Both the position numbers and the translations under genes were made by a program. A DNA stretch of 64,000 nt, taken from the human T2T-CHM13v2.0 reference genome, Homo sapiens. Positions 26,501-38,600 of this stretch are shown in pieces. Where the stretch lies: assembly GCF_009914755.1 (NCBI RefSeq), contig NC_060931.1; one strand, written 5' to 3'. Numbering within the stretch: position 1 is the stretch's first letter; each line of letters opens with the position of its first letter. The notes beneath the pieces were generated by a model. That model had not been told where the DNA came from, did no database searches, and was given only the letters and a program-made list of their open reading frames with translations.

Positions 26501-29500
26501 AAGTGGAGATTTCAAGCGATTTGATGCCAACAGTAGAAAAGGAAATATCTTCAAATAAAAACTAGACAGAATCATTCTCAGAAACTACTTTGTGATGTGT
26601 GCCTTCAACTCACAGAGTTTAACCTTTCTTTTCTTAGAGCAGTTTAGAAACACTCTGCTTGTTATGTCTGCAAGTGGATATTTGGACCTCTTCGAGGCCT
26701 TCGTTGCAAACGGGGTTTCTTCCTTTCATGCTAGACTAAGAAGAGTTCTCAGTAACTTTTTTGTGTTGTGTGTATTCAACTCACAGAGTTGAACCTTGCT
26801 TTAGAGAGAGCAGATTTGAAACACTCTTGCTGTGGCATTTTCAGGTGGAGATTTCAAGCGATTTGAGGACAATTGCAGAAAAGGAAATATCTTCGTATAA
26901 TAACCAGACAGAATCATTCTCAGAAAGTGCTTTGTGATGTGTGCGTTCAACTCACAGAGTTTAACCTTTCTTTTCATAGAGGAGTTTGGAAACACACTGT
27001 TTGTAAAGTCTGCAAGTGGATACATGGACCTGTTTGAGGCCTTCGTTGGAAACGGGATTTCTTCATTGAATGCTAGACGGAAGAATTCTCAGTAAATTCT
27101 TTGTGTTGTGTGCATTCAACTCACAGAGTGGAACGTCCCTTTAGACAGAGCAGATTTGAAACACTCTTTTTGCGGAATTTGCAAGTGGAGATTTCTAGCC
27201 ATTTGATGCCAACAGTAGAAAGGGAAATATCTTCAAATAAAAACCAGACAGAATCATTCTCAGAAAATTCTTTGTGATGTGTGCGTTCAACTCACATAGT
27301 TTAACCTTTCTTTTCATAGAGCAGTTTGGAAACACTCTGTTTGTAAAGTCTGCAAGTGGATATATGGACCGCATTGAGGCCTTCGTTGGAAACGGGATTT
27401 CTTCATTTCATGCTAGACAGAAGAATTCTCAGTAACTTCTTTGTGCTGTGTGTATTCAACTCACAGAGTGGAACGTCCCTTTGCACAGAGCAGATTTGAA
27501 ACACTCTTTTTGTGGAGTTTGCAAGTGGAGATTTCAAGCGATTTGATGCCAACAGTAGAAAAGGAAATATCTTCAAATAAAAACTAGACAGAATCATTCT
27601 CAGAAACTACTTTGTGATGTGTGCCTTCAACTCACAGAGTTTAACCTTTCTTTTCTTAGAGCAGTTTAGAAACACTCTGCTTGTTACGTCTGCAAGTGGA
27701 TATTTGGACCTCTTTGAGGCCTTCGTTGCAAACGGGGTTTCTTCCTTTCATGCTAGACTAAGAAGAGTTCTCAGTAACTTTTTTGTGTTGTGTGTATTCA
27801 ACTCACAGAGTTGAACCTTGCTTTAGAGAGAGCAGATTTGAAACACTCTTGCTGTGGCATTTTCAGGTGGAGATTTCAAGCGATTTGAGGACAATTGCAG
27901 AAAAGGAAATATCTTCGTATAATAACCAGACAGAATCATTCTCAGAAAGTGCTTTGTGATGTGTGCGTTCAACTCACAGAGTTTAACCTTTCTTTTCATA
28001 GAGGAGTTTGGAAACACACTGTTTGTAAAGTCTGCAAGTGGATACATGGACCTGTTTGAGGCCTTCGTTGGAAACGGGATTTCTTCATTGAATGCTAGAC
28101 GGAAGAATTCTCAGTAAATTCTTTGTGTTGTGTGCATTCAACTCACAGAGTGGAACGTCCCTTTAGACAGAGCAGATTTGAAACACTCTTTTTGCGGAAT
28201 TTGCAAGTGGAGATTTCTAGCCATTTGATGCCAACAGTAGAAAGGGAAATATCTTCAAATAAAAACCAGACAGAATCATTCTCAGAAAATTCTTTGTGAT
28301 GTGTGCGTTCAACTCACATAGTTTAACCTTTCTTTTCATAGAGCAGTTTGGAAACACTCTGTAAAGTCTGCAAGTGGATATATGGACCGCATTGAGGCCT
28401 TCGTTGGAAACGGGATTTCTTCATTTCATGCTAGACAGAAGAATTCTCAGTAACTTCTTTGTGCTGTGTGTATTCAACTCACAGAGTGGAACGTCCCTTT
28501 GCACAGAGCAGATTTGAAACACTCTTTTTGTGGAGTTTGCAAGTGGAGATTTCAAGCGATTTGATGCCAACAGTAGAAAAGGAAATATCTTCAAATAAAA
28601 ACTAGACAGAATCATTCTCAGAAACTACTTTGTGATGTGTGCCTTCAACTCACAGAGTTTAACCTTTCTTTTCTTAGAGCAGTTTAGAAACACTCTGCTT
28701 GTTACGTCTGCAAGTGGATATTTGGACCTCTTTGAGGCCTTCGTTGCAAACGGGGTTTCTTCCTTTCATGCTAGACTAAGAAGAGTTCTCAGTAACTTTT
28801 TTGTGTTGTGTGTATTCAACTCACAGAGTTGAACCTTGCTTTAGAGAGAGCAGATTTGAAACACTCTTGCTGTGGCATTTTCAGGTGGAGATTTCAAGCG
28901 ATTTGAGGACAATTGCAGAAAAGGAAATATCTTCGTATAATAACCAGACAGAATCATTCTCAGAAAGTGCTTTGTGATGTGTGCGTTCAACTCACAGAGT
29001 TTAACCTTTCTTTTCATAGAGGAGTTTGGAAACACACTGTTTGTAAAGTCTGCAAGTGGATACATGGACCTGTTTGAGGCCTTCGTTGGAAACGGGATTT
29101 CTTCATTGAATGCTAGACGGAAGAATTCTCAGTAAATTCTTTGTGTTGTGTGCATTCAACTCACAGAGTGGAACGTCCCTTTAGACAGAGCAGATTTGAA
29201 ACACTCTTTTTGCGGAATTTGCAAGTGGAGATTTCTAGCCATTTGATGCCAACAGTAGAAAGGGAAATATCTTCAAATAAAAACCAGACAGAATCATTCT
29301 CAGAAAATTCTTTGTGATGTGTGCGTTCAACTCACATAGTTTAACCTTTCTTTTCATAGAGCAGTTTGGAAACACTCTGTTTGTAAAGTCTGCAAGTGGA
29401 TATATGGACCGCATTGAGGCCTTCGTTGGAAACGGGATTTCTTCATTTCATGCTAGACAGAAGAATTCTCAGTAACTTCTTTGTGCTGTGTGTATTCAAC

Positions 29501-29630
29501 TCACAGAGTGGAACGTCCCTTTGCACAGAGCAGATTTGAAACACTCTTTTTGTGGAGTTTGCAAGTGGAGATTTCAAGCGATTTGATGCCAACAGTAGAA
29601 AAGGAAATATCTTCAAATAAAAACTAGACA
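23507..29630 (+). repeat. Tandem duplication of a 3-HOR block (copies 24-26 = copies 27-29, period 3062 bp)
   Basis: T>C at 23631 and 26693, the 4-bp deletion after 25300 and 28362, and the same order of common alleles in both blocks. Confidence 0.88.
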
Positions 29631-32600
29631 GAATCATTCTCAGAAACTACTTTGTGATGTGTGCCTTCAACTAACAGAGTTTAACCTTTCTTTTCTTAGA
29701 GCAGTTTAGAAACACTCTGCTTGTTACGTCTGCAAGTGGATATTTGGACCTCTTTGAGGCCTTCGTTGCAAACGGGGTTTCTTCCTTTCATGCTAGACTA
29801 AGAAGAGTTCTCAGTAACTTTTTTGTGTTGTGTGTATTCAACTCACAGAGTTGAACCTTGCTTTAGAGAGAGCAGATTTGAAACACTCTTGCTGTGGCAT
29901 TTTCAGGTGGAGATTTCAAGCGATTTGAGGACAATTGCAGAAAAGGAAATATCTTCGTATAATAACCAGACAGAATCATTCTCAGAAAGTGCTTTGTGAT
30001 GTGTGCGTTCAACTCACAGAGTTTAACCTTTCTTTTCATAGAGGAGTTTGGAAACACACTGTTTGTAAAGTCTGCAAGTGGATATATGGACCTGTTTGAG
30101 GCCTTCGTTGGAAACGGGATTTCTTCATTGAATGCTAGACGGAAGAATTCTCAGTAAATTCTTTGTGTTGTGTGCATTCAACTCACAGAGTGGAACGTCC
30201 CTTTAGACAGAGCAGATTTGAAACACTCTTTTTGCGGAATTTGCAAGTGGAGATTTCTAGCCATTTGATGCCAACAGTAGAAAGGGAAATATCTTCAAAT
30301 AAAAACCAGACAGAATCATTCTCAGAAAATTCTTTGTGATGTGTGCGTTCAACTCACATAGTTTAACCTTTCTTTTCATAGAGCAGTTTGGAAACACTCT
30401 GTTTGTAAAGTCTGCAAGTGGATATATGGACCGCATTGAGGCCTTCGTTGGAAACGGGATTTCTTCATTTCATGCTAGACAGAAGAATTCTCAGTAACTT
30501 CTTTGTGCTGTGTGTATTCAACTCACAGAGTGGAACGTCCCTTTGCACAGAGCAGATTTGAAACACTCTTTTTGTGGAGTTTGCAAGTGGAGATTTCAAG
30601 CGATTTGATGCCAACAGTAGAAAAGGAAATATCTTCAAATAAAAACTAGACAGAATCATTCTCAGAAACTACTTTGTGATGTGTGCCTTCAACTAACAGA
30701 GTTTAACCTTTCTTTTCTTAGAGCAGTTTAGAAACACTCTGCTTGTTACGTCTGCAAGTGGATATTTGGACCTCTTTGAGGCCTTCGTTGCAAACGGGGT
30801 TTCTTCCTTTCATGCTAGACTAAGAAGAGTTCTCAGTAACTTTTTTGTGTTGTGTGTATTCAACTCACAGAGTTGAACCTTGCTTTAGAGAGAGCAGATT
30901 TGAAACACTCTTGCTGTGGCATTTTCAGGTGGAGATTTCAAGCGATTTGAGGACAATTGCAGAAAAGGAAATATCTTCGTATAATAACCAGACAGAATCA
31001 TTCTCAGAAAGTGCTTTGTGATGTGTGCGTTCAACTCACAGAGTTTAACCTTTCTTTTCATAGAGGAGTTTGGAAACACACTGTTTGTAAAGTCTGCAAG
31101 TGGATATATGGACCTGTTTGAGGCCTTCGTTGGAAACGGGATTTCTTCATTGAATGCTAGACGGAAGAATTCTCAGTAAATTCTTTGTGTTGTGTGCATT
31201 CAACTCACAGAGTGGAACGTCCCTTTAGACAGAGCAGATTTGAAACACTCTTTTTGCGGAATTTGCAAGTGGAGATTTCTAGCCATTTGATGCCAACAGT
31301 AGAAAGGGAAATATCTTCAAATAAAAACCAGACAGAATCATTCTCAGAAAATTCTTTGTGATGTGTGCGTTCAACTCACATAGTTTAACCTTTCTTTTCA
31401 TAGAGCAGTTTGGAAACACTCTGTTTGTAAAGTCTGCAAGTGGATATATGGACCGCATTGAGGCCTTCGTTGGAAACGGGATTTCTTCATTTCATGCTAG
31501 ACAGAAGAATTCTCAGTAACTTCTTTGTGCTGTGTGTATTCAACTCACAGAGTGGAACGTCCCTTTGCACAGAGCAGATTTGAAACACTCTTTTTGTGGA
31601 GTTTGCAAGTGGAGATTTCAAGCGATTTGATGCCAACAGTAGAAAAGGAAATATCTTCAAATAAAAACTAGACAGAATCATTCTCAGAAACTACTTTGTG
31701 ATGTGTGCCTTCAACTCACAGAGTTTAACCTTTCTTTTCTTAGAGCAGTTTAGAAACACTCTGCTTGTTACGTCTGCAAGTGGATATTTGGACCTCTTTG
31801 AGGCCTTCGTTGCAAACGGGGTTTCTTCCTTTCATGCTAGACTAAGAAGAGTTCTCAGTAACTTTTTTGTGTTGTGTGTATTCAACTCACAGATTTGAAC
31901 CTTGCTTTAGAGAGAGCAGATTTGAAACACTCTTGCTGTGGCATTTTCAGGTGGAGATTTCAAGCGATTTGAGGACAATTGCAGAAAAGGAAATATCTTC
32001 GTATAATAACCAGACAGAATCATTCTCAGAAAGTGCTTTGTGATGTGTGCGTTCAACTCACAGAGTTTAACCTTTCTTTTCTTAGAGGAGTTTGGAAACA
32101 CACTGTTTGTAAAGTCTGCAAGTGGATACATGGACCTGTTTGAGGCCTTCGTTGGAAACGGGATTTCTTCATTGAATGCTAGACGGAAGAATTCTCAGTA
32201 AATTCTTTGTGTTGTGTGCATTCAACTCACAGAGTGGAACGTCCCTTTAGACAGAGCAGATTTGAAACACTCTTTTTGCGGAATTTGCAAGTGGAGATTT
32301 CTAGCCATTTGATGCCAACAGTAGAAAGGGAAATATCTTCAAATAAAAACCAGACAGAATCATTCTCAGAAAATTCTTTGTGATGTGTGCGTTCAACTCA
32401 CATAGTTTAACCTTTCTTTTCATAGAGCAGTTTGGAAACACTCTGTTTGTAAAGTCTGCAAGTGGATATATGGACCGCATTGAGGCCTTCGTTGGAAACG
32501 GGATTTCTTCATTTCATGCTAGACAGAAGAATTCTCAGTAACTTCTTTGTGCTGTGTGTATTCAACTCACAGAGTGGAACGTCCCTTTGCACAGAGCAGA

Positions 32601-35600
32601 TTTGAAACACTCTTTTTGTGGAGTTTGCAAGTGGAGATTTCAAGCGATTTGATGCCAACAGTAGAAAAGGAAATATCTTCAAATAAAAACTAGACAGAAT
32701 CATTCTCAGAAACTACTTTGTGATGTGTGCCTTCAACTCACAGAGTTTAACCTTTCTTTTCTTAGAGCAGTTTAGAAACACTCTGCTTGTTATGTCTGCA
32801 AGTGGATATTTGGACCTCTTTGAGGCCTTCGTTGCAAACGGGGTTTCTTCCTTTCATGCTAGACTAAGAAGAGTTCTCAGTAACTTTTTTGTGTTGTGTG
32901 TATTCAACTCACAGAGTTGAACCTTGCTTTAGAGAGAGCAGATTTGAAACACTCTTGCTGTGGCATTTTCAGGTGGAGATTTCAAGCGATTTGAGGACAA
33001 TTGCAGAAAAGGAAATATCTTCGTATAATAACCAGACAGAATCATTCTCAGAAAGTGCTTTGTGATGTGTGCGTTCAACTCACAGAGTTTAACCTTTCTT
33101 TTCATAGAGGAGTTTGGAAACACACTGTTTGTAAAGTCTGCAAGTGGATACATGGACCTGTTTGAGGCCTTCGTTGGAAACGGGATTTCTTCATTGAATG
33201 CTAGACGGAAGAATTCTCAGTAAATTCTTTGTGTTGTGTGCTTTCAACTCACAGAGTGGAACGTCCCTTTAGACAGAGCAGATTTGAAACACTCTTTTTG
33301 CGGAATTTGCAAGTGGAGATTTCTAGCCATTTGATGCCAACAGTAGAAAGGGAAATATCTTCAAATAAAAACCAGACAGAATCATTCTCAGAAAATTCTT
33401 TGTGATGTGTGCGTTCAACTCAAATAGTTTAACCTTTCTTTTCATAGAGCAGTTTGGAAACACTCTGTAAAGTCTGCAAGTGGATATATGGACCGCATTT
33501 AGGCCTTCTTTGGAAACGGGATTTCTTCATTTCATGCTAGACAGAAGAATTCTCAGTAACTTCTTTGTGCTGTGTGTATTCAACTCACAGAGTGGAACGT
33601 CCCTTTGCACAGAGCAGATTTGAAACACTCTTTTTGTGGAGTTTGCAAGTGGAGATTTCAAGCGATTTGATGCCAACAGTAGAAAAGGAAATATCTTCAA
33701 ATAAAAACTAGACAGAATCATTCTCAGAACCTACTTTGTGATGTGTGCCTTCAACTAACAGAGTTTAACCTTTCTTTTCTTAGAGCAGTTTAGAAACACT
33801 CTGCTTGTTACGTCTGCAAGTGGATATTTGGACCTCTTTGAGGCCTTCGTTGCAAACGGGGTTTCTTCCTTTCATGCTAGACTAAGAAGAGTTCTCAGTA
33901 ACTTTTTTGTGTTGTGTGTATTCAACTCACAGAGTTGAACCTTGCTTTAGAGAGAGCAGATTTGAAACACTCTTGCTGTGGCATTTTCAGGTGGAGATTT
34001 CAAGCGATTTGAGGACAATTGCAGAAAAGGAAATATCTTCGTATAATAACCAGACAGAATCATTCTCAGAAAGTGCTTTGTGATGTGTGCGTTCAACTCA
34101 CAGAGTTTAACCTTTCTTTTCATAGAGGAGTTTGGAAACACACTGTTTGTAAAGTCTGCAAGTGGATACATGGACCTGTTTGAGGCCTTCGTTGGAAACG
34201 GGATTTCTTCATTGAATGCTAGACGGAAGAATTCTCAGTAAATTCTTTGTGTTGTGTGCATTCAACTCACAGAGTGGAACGTCCCTTTAGACAGAGCAGA
34301 TTTGAAACACTCTTTTTGCGGAATTTGCAAGTGGAGATTTCTAGCCATTTGATGCCAACAGTAGAAAGGGAAATATCTTCAAATAAAAACCAGACAGAAT
34401 CATTCTCAGAAAATTCTTTGTGATGTGTGCGTTCAACTCACATAGTTTAACCTTTCTTTTCATAGAGCAGTTTGGAAACACTCTGTTTGTAAAGTCTGCA
34501 AGTGGATATATGGACCGCATTGAGGCCTTCGTTGGAAACGGGATTTCTTCATTTCATGCTAGACAGAAGAATTCTCAGTAACTTCTTTGTGCTGTGTGTA
34601 TTCAACTCACAGAGTGGAACGTCCCTTTGCACAGAGCAGATTTGAAACACTCTTTTTGTGGAGTTTGCAAGTGGAGATTTCAAGCGATTTGATGCCAACA
34701 GTAGAAAAGGAAATATCTTCAAATAAAAACTAGACAGAATCATTCTCAGAAACTACTTTGTGATGTGTGCCTTCAACTCACAGAGTTTAACCTTTCTTTT
34801 CTTAGAGCAGTTTAGAAACACTCTGCTTGTTATGTCTGCAAGTGGATATTTGGACCTCTTTGAGGCCTTCGTTGCAAACGGGGTTTCTTCCTTTCATGCT
34901 AGACTAAGAAGAGTTCTCAGTAACTTTTTTGTGTTGTGTGTATTCAACTCACAGAGTTGAACCTTGCTTTAGAGAGAGCAGATTTGAAACACTCTTGCTG
35001 TGGCATTTTCAGGTGGAGATTTCAAGCGATTTGAGGACAATTGCAGAAAAGGAAATATCTTCGTATAATAACCAGACAGAATCATTCTCAGAAAGTGCTT
35101 TGTGATGTGTGCGTTCAACTCACAGAGTTTAACCTTTCTTTTCATAGAGGAGTTTGGAAACACACTGTTTGTAAAGTCTGCAAGTGGATATATGGACCTG
35201 TTTGAGGCCTTCGTTGGAAACGGGATTTCTTCATTGAATGCTAGACGGAAGAATTCTCAGTAAATTCTTTGTGTTGTGTGCATTCAACTCACAGAGTGGA
35301 ACGTCCCTTTAGACAGAGCAGATTTGAAACACTCTTTTTGCGGAATTTGCAAGTGGAGATTTCTAGCCATTTGATGCCAACAGTAGAAAGGGAAATATCT
35401 TCAAATAAAAACCAGACAGAATCATTCTCAGAAAATTCTTTGTGATGTGTGCGTTCAACTCACATAGTTTAACCTTTCTTTTCATAGAGCAGTTTGGAAA
35501 CACTCTGTAAAGTCTGCAAGTGGATATATGGACCGCATTGAGGCCTTCGTTGGAAACGGGATTTCTTCATTTCATGCTAGACAGAAGAATTCTCAGTAAC

Positions 35601-38600
35601 TTCTTTGTGCTGTGTGTATTCAACTCACAGAGTGGAACGTCCCTTTGCACAGAGCAGATTTGAAACACTCTTTTTGTGGAGTTTGCAAGTGGAGATTTCA
35701 AGCGATTTGATGCCAACAGTAGAAAAGGAAATATCTTCAAATAAAAACTAGACAGAATCATTCTCAGAAACTACTTTGTGATGTGTGCCTTCAACTCACA
35801 GAGTTTAACCTTTCTTTTCTTAGAGCAGTTTAGAAACACCCTGCTTGTTACGTCTGCAAGTGGATATTTGGACCTCTTTGAGGCCTTCGTTGCAAACGGG
35901 GTTTCTTCCTTTCATGCTAGACTAAGAAGAGTTCTCAGTAACTTTTTTGTGTTGTGTGCATTCAACTCACAGAGTTGAACCTTGCTTTAGAGAGAGCAGA
36001 TTTGAAACACTCTTGCTGTGGCATTTTCAGGTGGAGATTTCAAGCGATTTGAGGACAATTGCAGAAAAGGAAATATCTTCGTATAATAACCAGACAGAAT
36101 CATTCTCAGAAAGTGCTTTGTGATGTGTGCGTTCAACTCACAGAGTTTAACCTTTCTTTTCATAGAGGAGTTTGGAAACACACTGTTTGTAAAGTCTGCA
36201 AGTGGATACATGGACCTGTTTGAGGCCTTCGTTGGAAACGGGATTTCTTCATTGAATGCTAGACGGAAGAATTCTCAGTAAATTCTTTGTGTTGTGTGCA
36301 TTCAACTCACAGAGTGGAACGTCCCTTTAGACAGAGCAGATTTGAAACACTCTTTTTGCGGAATTTGCAAGTGGAGATTTCTAGCCATTTGATGCCAACA
36401 GTAGAAAGGGAAATATCTTCAAATAAAAACCAGACAGAATCATTCTCAGAAAATTCTTTGTGATGTGTGCGTTCAACTCACATAGTTTAACCTTTCTTTT
36501 CATAGAGCAGTTTGGAAACACTCTGTTTGTAAAGTCTGCAAGTGGATATATGGACCGCATTGAGGCCTTCGTTGGAAACGGGATTTCTTCATTTCATGCT
36601 AGACAGAAGAATTCTCAGTAACTTCTTTGTGCTGTGTGTATTCAACTCACAGAGTGGAACGTCCCTTTGCACAGAGCAGATTTGAAACACTCTTTTTGTG
36701 GAGTTTGCAAGTGGAGATTTCAAGCGATTTGATGCCAACAGTAGAAAAGGAAATATCTTCAAATAAAAACTAGACAGAATCATTCTCAGAAACTACTTTG
36801 TGATGTGTGCCTTCAACTCACAGAGTTTAACCTTTCTTTTCTTAGAGCAGTTTAGAAACACTCTGCTTGTTATGTCTGCAAGTGGATATTTGGACCTCTT
36901 TGAGGCCTTCGTTGCAAACGGGGTTTCTTCCTTTCATGCTAGACTAAGAAGAGTTCTCAGTAACTTTTTTGTGTTGTGTGTATTCAACTCACAGAGTTGA
37001 ACCTTGCTTTAGAGAGAGCAGATTTGAAACACTCTTGCTGTGGCATTTTCAGGTGGAGATTTCAAGCGATTTGAGGACAATTGCAGAAAAGGAAATATCT
37101 TCGTATAATAACCAGACAGAATCATTCTCAGAAAGTGCTTTGTGATGTGTGCGTTCAACTCACAGAGTTTAACCTTTCTTTTCATAGAGGAGTTTGGAAA
37201 CACACTGTTTGTAAAGTCTGCAAGTGGATACATGGACCTGTTTGAGGCCTTCGTTGGAAACGGGATTTCTTCATTGAATGCTAGACGGAAGAATTCTCAG
37301 TAAATTCTTTGTGTTGTGTGCATTCAACTCACAGAGTGGAACGTCCCTTTAGACAGAGCAGATTTGAAACACTCTTTTTGCGGAATTTGCAAGTGGAGAT
37401 TTCTAGCCATTTGATGCCAACAGTAGAAAGGGAAATATCTTCAAATAAAAACCAGACAGAATCATTCTCAGAAAATTCTTTGTGATGTGTGCGTTCAACT
37501 CACATAGTTTAACCTTTCTTTTCATAGAGCAGTTTGGAAACACTCTGTTTGTAAAGTCTGCAAGTGGATATATGGACCGCATTGAGGCCTTCGTTGGAAA
37601 CGGGATTTCTTCATTTCATGCTAGACAGAAGAATTCTCAGTAACTTCTTTGTGCTGTGTGTATTCAACTCACAGAGTGGAACGTCCCTTTGCACAGAGCA
37701 GATTTGAAACACTCTTTTTGTGGAGTTTGCAAGTGGAGATTTCAAGCGATTTGATGCCAACAGTAGAAAAGGAAATATCTTCAAATAAAAACTAGACAGA
37801 ATCATTCTCAGAAACTACTTTGTGATGTGTGCCTTCAACTCACAGAGTTTAACCTTTCTTTTCTTAGAGCAGTTTAGAAACACTCTGCTTGTTATGTCTG
37901 CAAGTGGATATTTGGACCTCTTTGAGGCCTTCGTTGCAAACGGGGTTTCTTCCTTTCATGCTAGACTAAGAAGAGTTCTCAGTAACTTTTTTGTGTTGTG
38001 TGTATTCAATTCACAGAGTTGAACCTTGCTTTAGAGAGAGCAGATTTGAAACACTCTTGCTGTGGCATTTTCAGGTGGAGATTTCAAGCGATTTGAGGAC
38101 AATTGCAGAAAAGGAAATATCTTCGTATAATAACCAGACAGAATCATTCTCAGAAAGTGCTTTGTGATGTGTGCGTTCAACTCACAGAGTTTAACCTTTC
38201 TTTTCATAGAGGAGTTTGGAAACACACTGTTTGTAAAGTCTGCAAGTGGATACATGGACCTGTTTGAGGCCTTCGTTGGAAACGGGATTTCTTCATTGAA
38301 TGCTAGACGGAAGAATTCTCAGTAAATTCTTTGTGTTGTGTGCATTCAACTCACAGAGTGGAACGTCCCTTTAGACAGAGCAGATTTGAAACACTCTTTT
38401 TGCGGAATTTGCAAGTGGAGATTTCTAGCCATTTGATGCCAACAGTAGAAAGGGAAATATCTTCAAATAAAAACCAGACAGAATCATTCTCAGAAAATTC
38501 TTTGTGATGTGTGCGTTCAACTCACATAGTTTAACCTTTCTTTTCATAGAGCAGTTTGGAAACACTCTGTTTGTAAAGTCTGCAAGTGGATATATGGACC

